Part shown: positions 1 to 9,845 of the stretch, piece after piece
Position numbering within the stretch: position 1 is the first letter of the stretch
Layout: each line of letters opens with the position of its first letter
From: Deltaproteobacteria bacterium HGW-Deltaproteobacteria-1
Lineage (GTDB): Bacteria > Desulfobacterota > Syntrophia > Syntrophales > Smithellaceae
Direction: 5' to 3'
Assembly (NCBI GenBank): GCA_002840635.1
Contig: PHBN01000001.1
Span: 1-44,454, forward strand
DNA: 44,454 nt
Notes under the pieces: generated by a model
The model's database searches: none
Seen by the model: only the letters and a program-made list of their open reading frames with translations
What the model was told of the DNA's origin: nothing
Program-made: the position numbers and the translations under genes

Positions 1-1
1 A

Positions 2-436
2 TGGCAGGATCAACTGGCCGAACTGCTGCCAGCCGAAAATCGAAGGGGTATATTTATCGAAAATAAAGGCCTGACAATATCTATCCATTATCGCCATGCT
101 GCCGACATCGGTTCTGCACGTAATCAAATCCTTCGTGCGACCAACCGACTGGTCCCGCAACCGCGGCTAATCAGCGGTATATATATTGAAAACCTTCTTC
201 CGAAAGGCGCGCCGGACAAGGGCGTTGCACTTACGTTCCTGATGAAGCATGCAGGGTGCCCGAAGGCATTTTTCGCCGGGGATGATGAAACGGATGAGGA
301 TGTGTTCAGCCTGAGTCATCAAAATATTTTTACCGTCCGTGTGGGAAGGAAAACCGGAAGCCTCGCTCGTTTCTACCTGCGAAACCAGCAGGAAATCGTC
401 CGGGTCCTGCGAGAAATCAGCAGAATTATCAGATAA
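2..436 (+). CDS. otsB: trehalose-6-phosphate phosphatase (HAD superfamily), 5'-truncated by window edge
   Basis: Frame 2 is open from base 2: ...IFIENKGLTISIHYR...PDKGVAL...FAGDDETDEDVF...VRVG, matching the T6PP cap and HAD motifs III/IV. The listed 242..436 ORF is only its tail. Confidence 0.85.
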   Translation, partial: WQDQLAELLPAENRRGIFIENKGLTISIHYRHAADIGSARNQILRATNRLVPQPRLISGIYIENLLPKGAPDKGVALTFLMKHAGCPKAFFAGDDETDEDVFSLSHQNIFTVRVGRKTGSLARFYLRNQQEIVRVLREISRIIR

Positions 437-624
437 TTCACGGAATCTCCCCATAAAGCTTGCCATGGACTCTTTAAAAAAGAAAAACAGATGACCAGGT
501 CGGTCTTGAAGTTTGAGTTTACGGGAAGCCAGTAAAAAATTTTTAATTACATTAAGTCCGTAAAATAGAAAATCTGACAGAGAACATCTTTCTATTGTAT
601 AAGCGTCTAATAAATCTTTTCATG

Positions 625-1143
625 TCATTTAGGATTAACAGACCTTTTAATATCCTTATTGTTCGGCACATTAACTTCAGTTGATAAAATAAGTTTAGGA
701 GGTGTTTTTTGAGCGCCAAATATTTTAACCAAAAGTTTCATCGATCTATCAATCTCTATAAGATTATTTGTTGAAATTTCTTCCAATCCTTCAACAAGTA
801 ATCCCTGCGCAACTTCCGGGGCCGATTTTACCAGATGGTTTCCTTTATTTGTCAATTCAATCCAAACAACTCGGCGATCGTTTTTAGATCTGCGTCTTTT
901 GACTAAATTCTGCTTTTCTAAACGATCTATAATTCCAATTACGGTAGTGGGATGCAGATATAACTTATTGGCAAGATCTGAAACATTGACAGGTGAATTT
1001 TCATTAATCGTTTTTATTGCCCAAAGCTGAGGGCCTGTTAATCCGGTTTCTCTTTTATTTTTTTTGGATTGTTCATTTAAGATCTGGAACACTCGTCGCA
1101 AATTGTCAATGATATTTGATATGATTAACGTTTTATCCCGCAT
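625..1143 (-). CDS. MarR family transcriptional regulator
   Basis: GLTGPQLWAI...LANKLYLHPTTVIGIIDRLEKQNLVKRRRSKNDRRVVWIELT winged-HTH pattern. Confidence 0.9.
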   Translation of the reverse strand: MRDKTLIISNIIDNLRRVFQILNEQSKKNKRETGLTGPQLWAIKTINENSPVNVSDLANKLYLHPTTVIGIIDRLEKQNLVKRRRSKNDRRVVWIELTNKGNHLVKSAPEVAQGLLVEGLEEISTNNLIEIDRSMKLLVKIFGAQKTPPKLILSTEVNVPNNKDIKRSVNPK

Positions 1144-1194
1144 ATTATCGCCTCAAAGAAACCCTGGAATTAGTGGGCATAAATTGTCCACTTC

Positions 1195-1231
1195 TCGAGA
1201 AGGCAACATCGAATTAACGTTGCCCTCTCGA
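1195..1231 (-). terminator. hairpin downstream of usp, probable terminator
   Basis: TCGAGAAGGCAAC...GTTGCCCTCTCGA inverted repeat just past the usp stop. Confidence 0.45.
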
Positions 1232-1257
1232 TAATATTTAGTCAGGGTCTATACTAA

Positions 1258-1710
1258 CTAGTGTCGGACAAGGAGAACAGGACTCCTGGCTTCCTCCATT
1301 ATCTTTTCAGAAATCTGACCCATGAGCCGTTTCATAAATCCTGTTTTGCCATGAGAAGGCATAACGATTAAATCGACGCCTTTCTCTTCCTGTTCCCTAA
1401 GGATCTCTTCAACAGGTTTTCCTTCCCTGATATCACTGATAACTTCGATCTCCTGGAATTCGGAAAATTTTGTCAGTTCTTTTTGCATCTTCTCCTTCAC
1501 TCGAAGGATTTCGGCATCCTCAGCCGCCTTGACTGTTGATAAATCTAAACAATAATCAACAGCGCACTGTTCGATCGGTTCCGCAACATGAAGCAAGTAA
1601 ACCTTGGCATTGTATTGCTTCGCCAATTCTAATGCCTGCTTTAACGCTTCATCCGATGAATCAGAAAAGTCTGTCGGTACAAGAATTCTTTTTGGCGCAA
1701 ACATGATCAT
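1258..1710 (-). CDS. universal stress protein (UspA family)
   Basis: ILVPTDFS...LLHV...DLIVMPSHGKTG...PVLLV; AAGGAGG RBS. Confidence 0.93.
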   Translation of the reverse strand: MIMFAPKRILVPTDFSDSSDEALKQALELAKQYNAKVYLLHVAEPIEQCAVDYCLDLSTVKAAEDAEILRVKEKMQKELTKFSEFQEIEVISDIREGKPVEEILREQEEKGVDLIVMPSHGKTGFMKRLMGQISEKIMEEARSPVLLVRH

Positions 1711-1961
1711 TACCTCCTTTCATGTATTATCACCATTATTGATTCGTTAACTCACACCAACTCCTTCATATTTAATTATTTTTTCCTGACCGAGTCCAAC
1801 CACCTCCTTAAATAATTGCTATACAAATCATTTGCTTACATATAATATACAGGCCGATTGTCAAAAAGTCAAGGCCGGCGGGGTATTGACACGGATAGAA
1901 TGGATTATTTAGTTACCGAAAAAGAAAGGATAAATTAATATTTTATTTCTACCTAGGTCAT

Positions 1962-1977
1962 TGGCAGGCTACCTGCA
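1962..1977 (+). promoter_or_regulatory. putative sigma-54 (-24/-12) promoter
   Basis: TGGCAGGCTACCTGCA has GG-N10-GC spacing and lies ~95 bp upstream of the 2073 gene. Confidence 0.5.
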
Positions 1978-2072
1978 AAAGGAGATCATAACCAAACGAT
2001 TATGTTGATTGATAAAGACATATTAAAACAAATAGGTCATCCTGAAAGATGACCTGGAAAGGGTAAAAGTAA

Positions 2073-2405
2073 ATGAAGAAAATTAATTTGTTTATTATTT
2101 TAACATTGGTGCCACTCATAAGTATGTGCTCTGGACCTTATGGACCCATGAGGGACGGTTATGGTGGTTATGGTATGGGACCCGGAATGATGAGCGGATA
2201 CGGTTATGGATATGGAGGTATGTTTATGGGGATATTGTTTTTAATTCTTCTCGGTGTAGTGATTTACTTTATTGTTCAAAATGTAAGATCGAAGAATGAA
2301 ATAGGGCAGGCTAAGGAGTCCCCTCTGGACATTTTAAAGAAGCGCTATGCTAAGGGTGAAATAACAAAAGAAGACTTTGATCGAATGAAAAACGAGCTAC
2401 AATAA
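2073..2405 (+). CDS. SHOCT-domain membrane protein with Gly/Met/Tyr-rich exported segment
   Basis: Signal-like N-terminus, GYGMGPGMM tract, one TM helix, C-terminal SPLDILKKRYAKGEITKEDFDRMK (SHOCT). Confidence 0.88.
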   Translation: MKKINLFIILTLVPLISMCSGPYGPMRDGYGGYGMGPGMMSGYGYGYGGMFMGILFLILLGVVIYFIVQNVRSKNEIGQAKESPLDILKKRYAKGEITKEDFDRMKNELQ

Positions 2406-2425
2406 AATCAAAGAAATCATTATTG

Positions 2426-2464
2426 CTAACTACTGACAGACCTTCCTGCTTAGTCAGTAGTTAG
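2426..2464 (+). terminator. hairpin after SHOCT gene
   Basis: CTAACTACTGAC...GTCAGTAGTTAG, perfect 12-bp stem. Confidence 0.55.
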
Positions 2465-2627
2465 TGCAGTAAAAAAAATAGAGAACCAAAGAGGGTAGGT
2501 TTATCCTATCAATAAGCTATTGAACAACCATTACTGTAAATTCAGCAATATCATATATGCTGATAAAAAGAGGATAAATTAAAATTTTATATTAATCTTT
2601 AAAAAATAAAAACGTAAGGAGGACAGT

Positions 2628-3017
2628 ATCGGATTTAAGGAGAAAAGCAGCGGAATTCACGCTTTCGAAATTTATATCGATAAAGGGTCAGAATCGGTAT
2701 ACTTGGAGATGGGTCCCTACATGATGTGGAACACAAAATACGGGCATATGGGGATGATGGAAGGCTATTCTTATGATTCGGCAGCGCAATTGCCCGTTTC
2801 CGAGAAAAAAGCAAAAAGCCTGGCCGCGCAGTATGTAAAGGCATCTCTCCCGAATGCTTCCGTGGATAATGACGTCGAGGTATTCTACGGTTTCTATGAA
2901 TTTGTCATAAAATTGAATAACAAACCTTTCAGTCATTTATTTATCAATGGCTATTCAGGGCAGTACTGGTATTTCAATCCGCATGGCTCCATTATTCAGA
3001 TAAGAAAATTTAAATAG
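2628..3017 (+). pseudogene. N-terminally deleted PepSY-like exported protein (EMGPxMMWNTKYG family)
   Basis: Frame is open from 2610 (..GFKEKSSGIHAFEIYIDKGSESVYLEMGPYMMWNTKYGHMGMM..). The strong RBS AAGGAGG at 2616 is followed by ATC, not ATG, and there is no signal peptide. Confidence 0.6.
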
Positions 3018-3051
3018 CCGTCTTTAAGCAGCCTTTAATTTAAGGAGAGAA

Positions 3052-3354
3052 ATGCATAATCAGGTATTTGTCAAAAAGATGAATTTAATTGATGAAGGGG
3101 AACTTTAAGAACCCCAACTTGAAGTTGGGCAAGATAAAAGACACAGGGATGCCTTTGAAGCAGAGATATTGACAAAGAAGAACGACCTTGTCATGCTCCC
3201 CTGTAACGTTATTGTTTGTGAAAAAAGCGGCAAGACGGTTCTATCTGTTATAAGGCCGACAGTTGCCATGCACATGGTTGATAATGTGGAACTCCGAAAA
3301 ATTGCCCCGGCAGTTGAAGTGCAGTTGAAGAAGGCTTTCGATGCCGCAATGTGA
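3052..3354 (+). pseudogene. DUF302 family protein, disrupted
   Basis: C-terminal MLPCNVIVCEKSGKTVLSVIRP...VEVQLKKAFD is DUF302-like; the RBS+ATG at 3052 runs into an early stop. Confidence 0.65.
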
Positions 3355-3449
3355 CGGGATACAGGTTGTGTCACCTTTCATATCTTAAGGGATTTGGCAC
3401 ATCAGAAATAAACCGCCGTATTAATAATAAGCAAAGAGAGGAGATTTAG

Positions 3450-4025
3450 ATGAAAAACTATATCGTGAAAGTAATTGCAATGTCGCTCATATTGTCGGTC
3501 TTATCATTTTCAATCGCCTATTCCAGTGGAAATCCGACATCCAATAACAAAAACAATTATAAGCAGTTAAAAGAAAAACTAAAAGGAATTGACGGCAAAA
3601 CAGCAATGGCAATTGCCAACAAGTGGCACATGGATAAAATTGACGTGGTCACTTTTGTTACACCTGACAAGGTAAATTTCAAGTTCAAGGATGGACAGAC
3701 TATAAGCGTGCCGCTGCCTGATGATGTAATGATGGTTTCAATCGCACCATACATTAACAAAACTCATACATGTGCAACACATTATATATCGAGTTGTGAT
3801 GCGGAATTAAAGAACACAAACATAAAAGTCGTAGCGGTTACTGCCGGCGGTAAAATCCTGATTAACAAAACCATGAAAACGGCACCGACCGGTTTTCTTG
3901 ATCTTTGGCTGCCCAGAAACCAAGACATTAATATAACAGTGAGCGCCAAAGGCAAGAGTGCAACCGGGAGAATATTTACCAATAGAGACAGCAAAACATG
4001 TGAAACAACTCTTAAGCTGGAATAA
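3450..4025 (+). CDS. cueP: CueP family periplasmic copper-binding protein
   Basis: Signal peptide; SIAPYINKTHTCATHYISSC, GFLDLWLPRN and TCETTLKL signatures. Confidence 0.85.
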   Translation: MKNYIVKVIAMSLILSVLSFSIAYSSGNPTSNNKNNYKQLKEKLKGIDGKTAMAIANKWHMDKIDVVTFVTPDKVNFKFKDGQTISVPLPDDVMMVSIAPYINKTHTCATHYISSCDAELKNTNIKVVAVTAGGKILINKTMKTAPTGFLDLWLPRNQDINITVSAKGKSATGRIFTNRDSKTCETTLKLE

Positions 4026-4255
4026 TGGAATCAAATCTGAAAAGGAGATACCGAAGATGACTGCCATGACTCGCAGGGTCAAGGCGACTGATGGCCCATG
4101 ATACATTATGGATTCGGATATGGAGAAATGTGCAAATTACTTCACTCAAAACGAAAACATCGGGGCTTCAGCAATGAAGAAGTGATCTGTCTTTTTTTAA
4201 GGTCAAGTGTTCATTCAATGTGAAAGGTTACAAATGAATCCGAAGGAGGCAAACT

Positions 4256-4711
4256 ATGGATTTTATCAAGCGTATTCTTGTAGTCAGCTGGCTAACCCAA
4301 TATTGTGATAATACGATTAAAGTGGGAATATCATTGGCTGCCAAATATAAGGCTGAACTTTCAGTCATTCACGTGATGGATACCACATGGCTAAAAGGAT
4401 GGAGCGTTCCCATGGTATCCGTTGAACAGGAACATAAAAACGAGATGGAAAAGTATAAGGCCCAATTGCATGAAATAATCAGTGCGGAAAATAAAAAGGG
4501 AATGGCGATTCAGGAATTCGTTAAGGAAGGCAATCCTTCCGAGATCATCCTGAATCTGGTAAAAGATGAGACGATTGATCTACTGATCCTTCGCAGCCAT
4601 CAGGAAAGTCGCTTGGAACGCATGCTTGTTGGTGGGAGTAACGACGAAATCATCAGAGCCATGCCCTGCTCGATATTTCTGGTAAAGCAGGAGCTAAGTG
4701 CTGTGGAGTGA
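4256..4711 (+). CDS. universal stress protein
   Basis: IKRILVV...VIHV...EGNPSEII...DLLILRSH...MPCSIFLV. Confidence 0.88.
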   Translation: MDFIKRILVVSWLTQYCDNTIKVGISLAAKYKAELSVIHVMDTTWLKGWSVPMVSVEQEHKNEMEKYKAQLHEIISAENKKGMAIQEFVKEGNPSEIILNLVKDETIDLLILRSHQESRLERMLVGGSNDEIIRAMPCSIFLVKQELSAVE

Positions 4712-4752
4712 AGGAAGTCTGTACTTTTCGACGAAATACTTGAGGATAATTG

Positions 4753-5919
4753 ATGCCAAAATATATTTTCTGCATCAACTGCGGCTCATCATCGATCAAG
4801 TATGCCCTGTATCTGTCAGGGGCCTATGAAGAACTGGTCGTTCAAGGAGCGGCGGAACGTATTGGATTATCAGAAGGCTGGCTGTGGTTAAATGATGGTT
4901 CCGGAAAAAGACTATCGGACTTAAAGACGCAATTACCCGATAATGATCGGGCAATCGAATTGATCTTCAAGCAGGTTATCGAACAACATAATTTTCCGGC
5001 GCCCGATGCCGTGGGGCATCGTCTGGCTCACGGCGGTCCCGACCATCTGACGCCGGAAGCGGTGACGCCGTCGCTGCTGCGGGAATTGAATGCATGCATT
5101 TCCCTGGCGCCGATCCATCTGCCGGGCGAGCTCGCTTGTATTGAAGCCGTCAGTGAGCACTATCCTCAACTTCCCCAAGTGGTTTGCTTTGACACAACCT
5201 TTCATTGTCAAATGCCGGACATGGGAAAGCTGCTGCCGCTGGATTATCATTTACGGGAGGAAGGTATCCACCGTTACGGATTTCACGGTCTTTCCTATGA
5301 ATATATTACCGGCGTCCTCGGGGCGTCTATTCACGGGAAAATTATTATTGCCCATCTGGGAAGCGGATCCAGCATGACCGCACTTCAAGACGGTACTCCT
5401 CAGGATACGACCATGGGCTTTTCCCCACTGGGCGGCCTGATGATGGGGTCGCGCTCAGGCGAGCTTGATCCGGGAATCATTTTATATCTGATGGATGAAA
5501 AAGGATACGACCTCGGGCGTCTCCAGGATTTATTGTATCATCATTCCGGCCTCATGGGCGTATCGGGAATAAGCTCCGATATGAAAACATTGCTTGATCA
5601 TTGCAACAACTCTCTGCAGGCAAGCCAGGCCATTGCCATGTATTGCTATAGCGTTCGGAAATCCATCGGGGCGTTATCAGCTGTGCTTGGCGGCCTGGAT
5701 ACGCTGGTTTTCACCGGAGGCATCGGCGAGCGATCCGCGCCGATTCGCTGGCTGATCTGTCGCGGGCTTGAGTTTCTGGGAATTGCTCTTGATCCCCAAA
5801 AAAATGATGCCGATGCCGATGTGATTTCCACGGATTACGGTCAATGTACCGTCCGCGTCATACCGACCAACGAGGACATCATGATTGCCAGACATACGAC
5901 AGACGTACTGTTTAAATGA
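4753..5919 (+). CDS. ackA: acetate/propionate kinase
   Basis: INCGSSSIKY, VGHRLAHGG, FDTTFH, RYGFHGLSY, AHLGSGSS, TTMGFSPLGG, FTGGIGE, PTNE. Confidence 0.95.
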   Translation: MPKYIFCINCGSSSIKYALYLSGAYEELVVQGAAERIGLSEGWLWLNDGSGKRLSDLKTQLPDNDRAIELIFKQVIEQHNFPAPDAVGHRLAHGGPDHLTPEAVTPSLLRELNACISLAPIHLPGELACIEAVSEHYPQLPQVVCFDTTFHCQMPDMGKLLPLDYHLREEGIHRYGFHGLSYEYITGVLGASIHGKIIIAHLGSGSSMTALQDGTPQDTTMGFSPLGGLMMGSRSGELDPGIILYLMDEKGYDLGRLQDLLYHHSGLMGVSGISSDMKTLLDHCNNSLQASQAIAMYCYSVRKSIGALSAVLGGLDTLVFTGGIGERSAPIRWLICRGLEFLGIALDPQKNDADADVISTDYGQCTVRVIPTNEDIMIARHTTDVLFK

Positions 5920-5936
5920 GATAAGGGGAAGTCATC

Positions 5937-6845
5937 ATGATTATTGAGTTTAGCAATTTTGACGAATTACGCCGGGCGGTTCATGGACTGAAGGCCGTTC
6001 CAACGGCCGTCATCGATGCCGATGAGCAGCATGTTCTGGAAGGGGCCTGCCAGGCGGCTGCCGAAGGGTTGATCGAACCGACACTAATTGGCGATACAGA
6101 TATCATCACCAGGTTGTTGGGCGACATTTCATGTAAGAACAATTTTCGTGTGATCCATGCAAGCGATGATGACGCCATGGCGGAAAAAGGCGTCGAGCTG
6201 ATTGAAAAAGGTGAAGTCCTGGCGCTGATGAAAGGTCACATCCACACCGATCAATTTCTCCATCCGGTTCTTGTTCATCACCTGCAAGGGAAAAAACGCA
6301 TATCTCACGTGTTTCTGGCCGATTTAAAAACCTATCCGAAATTGCTGTATATTACGGATGCCGCGATCAATATCACGCCCGACCTTTCAACCAAGATGCA
6401 CATTATTCAAAATGCAGTGGATATGTGCATTCTACTGGGTGTGGAACAACCCAAGGTAGCCGCGTTATCTGCGGTGGAAGTTATCAATCCGGCCATCCCG
6501 TCAACCATCGATGCGGCGTGTCTGGCCAAAATGTCCCAACGCGGACAAATTACCGGCGCATTGGTGGACGGACCGCTGGCCTTTGATAACGCCATTTCGG
6601 CCGAGTCGGCCAAAGTCAAGGGAATCAAAAGCGACGTGGCAGGCGACGTGGACATCCTGCTGGTTCCCGATCTTGTTTCAGGAAACATTCTGGGTAAAGA
6701 CTTGGAATACCTTGCCGGCGCACAACTGGCCGGTATTGTCGTCGGAACAAAAGTGCCGATCATCCTCACGTCCCGATCCGATCCGGCCAATGCGCGAATT
6801 CTTTCGTGCGCCGTGGCAGCGCTTTTATGCCACAGAATGGAGTAA
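5937..6845 (+). CDS. phosphate acetyl/butyryl-transferase (Ptb-like)
   Basis: LMKG, ITDAAINITPD, DGPLAFDNAIS, GNILGK, PIILTSRSD. Confidence 0.92.
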   Translation: MIIEFSNFDELRRAVHGLKAVPTAVIDADEQHVLEGACQAAAEGLIEPTLIGDTDIITRLLGDISCKNNFRVIHASDDDAMAEKGVELIEKGEVLALMKGHIHTDQFLHPVLVHHLQGKKRISHVFLADLKTYPKLLYITDAAINITPDLSTKMHIIQNAVDMCILLGVEQPKVAALSAVEVINPAIPSTIDAACLAKMSQRGQITGALVDGPLAFDNAISAESAKVKGIKSDVAGDVDILLVPDLVSGNILGKDLEYLAGAQLAGIVVGTKVPIILTSRSDPANARILSCAVAALLCHRME

Positions 6846-6848
6846 GCA

Positions 6849-8678
6849 ATGAGCCAGGAAAACAATTACCTCACAAATTTAAATTTAAACCCCCTGTTCA
6901 GGGATATGTATGACTACCTGCTCGATTCGGGGCAGCGGTCGATCCTTTTTATGGATGTTATGCGCAGGCGGGGGAATAATTATTTTCAAACCATCAAAAA
7001 GGGAGAACCGCCCGTTCTTATTTTTGATTACGAAATTCTTCTTTCCGGGCGCACCTTGAAGCGTCCGGTGAACTATGATCTGGCCCGGATCATTCCACCA
7101 AAAGATAACAGCATCAATCCGAACAGTCGGCCGATTATTGTCATCGATCCACGGGCGGGAAACGGCCCAGGGATAGGGGGTTCCAAGCGCGAATCGGAAA
7201 TCGGCGACGCCCTTGCCCAGGGTCATCCGGTTTATTTCATTCTTTTCCATCCGGAACCTGTTTTTGGACAAACCATAGCCGATGTGGAGCAGGCGGAAAT
7301 CCTGTTTATTGAAGAAGTATCCAGGCGTCATCCTAAAGCGCCAAAACCGGCTGTCATCGGCAATTGCCAGGCCGGCTGGGCGGTGGCCATGCTGGGCGCA
7401 GACCGACCGGATATGACCGGTCCGCTGGTGCTCAATGGCGCGCCTCTCTCCTACTGGGCCGGTGTGCAGGGGAAAAATCCCATGCGGTATGGCGGAGGAC
7501 TTTTGGGCGGCATCTGGATGGTATCGCTCATGGCTGATCTGGGTCATGGAAATTTCGATGGCGCCTGGCTTGAAGAAAACTTCGAATCATTAAATCCTGG
7601 GAACACGCTTTGGACCAAGCAGTATAATCTCTATGCTAATGTAGATACCGATGAAGAACGATACCTTACTTTTGAAAAGTGGTGGGATGGCTATTCTGAT
7701 TTAAGCAAAGAGGAAATGCATTTCATTGTGGAAAACCTTTTTGTGGGGGACAAACTGGAAGAAGGGAAATTGACGCTGGACAGAAAAAAAATAATCAATT
7801 TGAAAGATATCAAAAAGCCCCTGCTCCTGTTTGCCTCCGAAGGTGACAACATTACGCCGCCACAGCAAGCTCTGGACTGGATTATCAAAGAATACGGCAG
7901 TACGAAGGAAATCAAACGGCAGGGTAAAGTCATCATCTATATGATTCATCCGAATGTCGGACACTTGGGCATATTCGTCGGCTCCAAGATTGCTCAAAAG
8001 GAACACAATGAAATCATTAAAAGCATCGACATTATAGACGCACTGCAACCGGGTCTCTATGAGATGATCATTGTCGATAAAGGGAAAAAAGAAGGCGTGT
8101 CCGATTACGATGTCCGCTTTGATGCACGCGACATCAAGGATCTCATAGCACTCAATGATGGTAAACAGGAGATGAAAGAAGAAGATGCAGACTTCCGTAG
8201 AGTTGCTGCTGTTTCCGAGATAAATGATAGACTGTACAACACCTATGTCAGTCCCTGGGTAAAGATGTTTTCCACGGAAACATCTGCTGATATATTGAAA
8301 CAACTCCATCCGCTCCGGATCAATAAATATATCTTCTCAGATACGGTCAATCCGTTTATGCCGATCTTCAAGACATTGGCGCCTTTGGTGAAAAAGAACC
8401 GCAGCCCGGTTTCCCCGGACAACCTTTTTCTGTCCATTGAAAAGAATGTTTCGGACAGCATTGTTACCATTCTGAACAGCTACCAGAAAGCACGCGACCA
8501 GTTCAATGAAGCCATGTTTTTCGCTATCTATGAAAATCCCTGGATGAAGATGCTCTATCCTGAAGCATCGCAGAAAAAGAAACCATTCAATGAACAAGAA
8601 AAAAAAGAAGGTGTACAGATCCAGAAAGTTAGCAGCCACGTCAAATCATCGAAAAGAAGCACTGGCAAAGATAAATAA
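6849..8678 (+). CDS. DUF3141 family alpha/beta-hydrolase, PHA-synthase-like
   Basis: IDPRAGNGPGIGG, GNCQAG nucleophile box, SEGDNITPPQQAL (Asp), GHLGIF (His). Confidence 0.88.
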   Translation: MSQENNYLTNLNLNPLFRDMYDYLLDSGQRSILFMDVMRRRGNNYFQTIKKGEPPVLIFDYEILLSGRTLKRPVNYDLARIIPPKDNSINPNSRPIIVIDPRAGNGPGIGGSKRESEIGDALAQGHPVYFILFHPEPVFGQTIADVEQAEILFIEEVSRRHPKAPKPAVIGNCQAGWAVAMLGADRPDMTGPLVLNGAPLSYWAGVQGKNPMRYGGGLLGGIWMVSLMADLGHGNFDGAWLEENFESLNPGNTLWTKQYNLYANVDTDEERYLTFEKWWDGYSDLSKEEMHFIVENLFVGDKLEEGKLTLDRKKIINLKDIKKPLLLFASEGDNITPPQQALDWIIKEYGSTKEIKRQGKVIIYMIHPNVGHLGIFVGSKIAQKEHNEIIKSIDIIDALQPGLYEMIIVDKGKKEGVSDYDVRFDARDIKDLIALNDGKQEMKEEDADFRRVAAVSEINDRLYNTYVSPWVKMFSTETSADILKQLHPLRINKYIFSDTVNPFMPIFKTLAPLVKKNRSPVSPDNLFLSIEKNVSDSIVTILNSYQKARDQFNEAMFFAIYENPWMKMLYPEASQKKKPFNEQEKKEGVQIQKVSSHVKSSKRSTGKDK

Positions 8679-8873
8679 TGCCCCAGGGATTGAGTAAGCT
8701 GTGAACAGAGGGAGGCTGTTTCCTTATTAACTTGCTCATTTAGAATGAAGATCAAACCCGTGCCAGTAGTAACATTTCAGCGGTTGCGGCCAAGTCATTG
8801 CCTCAAAAGCTGACATTCATTTATCCTATTTGTAAAAGTATCACTAAGAGCGTCGAATGTGTAGCAGTCACAT

Positions 8874-9395
8874 TTAGCTCCGGTCCGGAGACGGGGTTTT
8901 TACTTTCCGTTCACCCACATCAACAGTATTTGATAATAGCTTTAGTGTAATGCCGAGAACAAGAATAACGATAACATTAACGACGAGCTCGATCATCGCG
9001 TCTGCAAATGCCTGTCCCTGAAGAGTTTCGACGGATAGTTTCGCGCTTATTGACAGAATGCCCCGGGTGGCGGAAACGATACCGATATTAAGAAATGGCC
9101 GAAGATCTGTTTTATGATCTTCGAGATAACGAATTACAGTGCCCATGACTTCCATAATGATGATCACAAGAAGAAGGTCAGAGACAAATCGGATGATCGC
9201 TACAGCGGCATTTCTCGGATCATTAACGTTCCAGATAATTGAACTGAAATCCCAGTAGCTGTAAACTAAAGAAACTAATGCCGCTATTAAAAAACTGATT
9301 CCGACCATCGCATAAAGAATAGAATCGCCTGTGCGGAGTTTTTCTTTCGAGAATCTGGCGATATAATCCTGTATTTTTTTATCAAGCGCGCTCAT
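8874..9395 (-). CDS. phosphate-starvation-inducible PsiE-like membrane protein
   Basis: Four TM helices; DLLLVIIIMEVMGTV...PFLNIGIVSATRGIL pattern. Confidence 0.75.
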   Translation of the reverse strand: MSALDKKIQDYIARFSKEKLRTGDSILYAMVGISFLIAALVSLVYSYWDFSSIIWNVNDPRNAAVAIIRFVSDLLLVIIIMEVMGTVIRYLEDHKTDLRPFLNIGIVSATRGILSISAKLSVETLQGQAFADAMIELVVNVIVILVLGITLKLLSNTVDVGERKVKTPSPDRS

Positions 9396-9845
9396 TTATA
9401 TTCATCCTTCTTGAAGCGTATAGTGATAAATCGCCCAACGGACCCCATGGCCGTCTCTGATGTTGCAAAGCATATGCGTTTGATGGAATAATTCGCCCTT
9501 TTAAAGTATTAACAATATCTTGGATGTCAAGGAAGGGCGTGTAATTCCATTTCCAATTCAAGAGCTGCCTTTGTTGGCGTCGTCGGCTTCCTCAACGTTC
9601 GTAAAATACGCCTTTGAAATGTGCCATGTTCTCCTGGCGGCGGATATGACGTCAATGACGCACTGCGCCTGAATATTTTTTTTATGAAAGATGTGCACTT
9701 TCCTCAAAGTCACCATCAATATATTGAGGCGCCACCAAATACTGAGGGCAAACAAATCATTTCATGCTTTCTACTATTTCCTCTTATCCATCTAATTTCT
9801 TATTCATAAAGGACGAATCCAATATTTTGGCTCTCCTTCAGCTGT

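Noticed and set aside
9400-9520. Riboswitch upstream of the PsiE-like gene
   Set aside because: No conserved core of any riboswitch class I know; an Rfam/Infernal search would be needed.
9565-9615. Possible remnant of a deltaproteobacterial intergenic repeat (..CCTCAACGTTCGTAAAATACGCCT)
   Set aside because: Single, degenerate copy in this window; cannot be supported without a genome-wide search.
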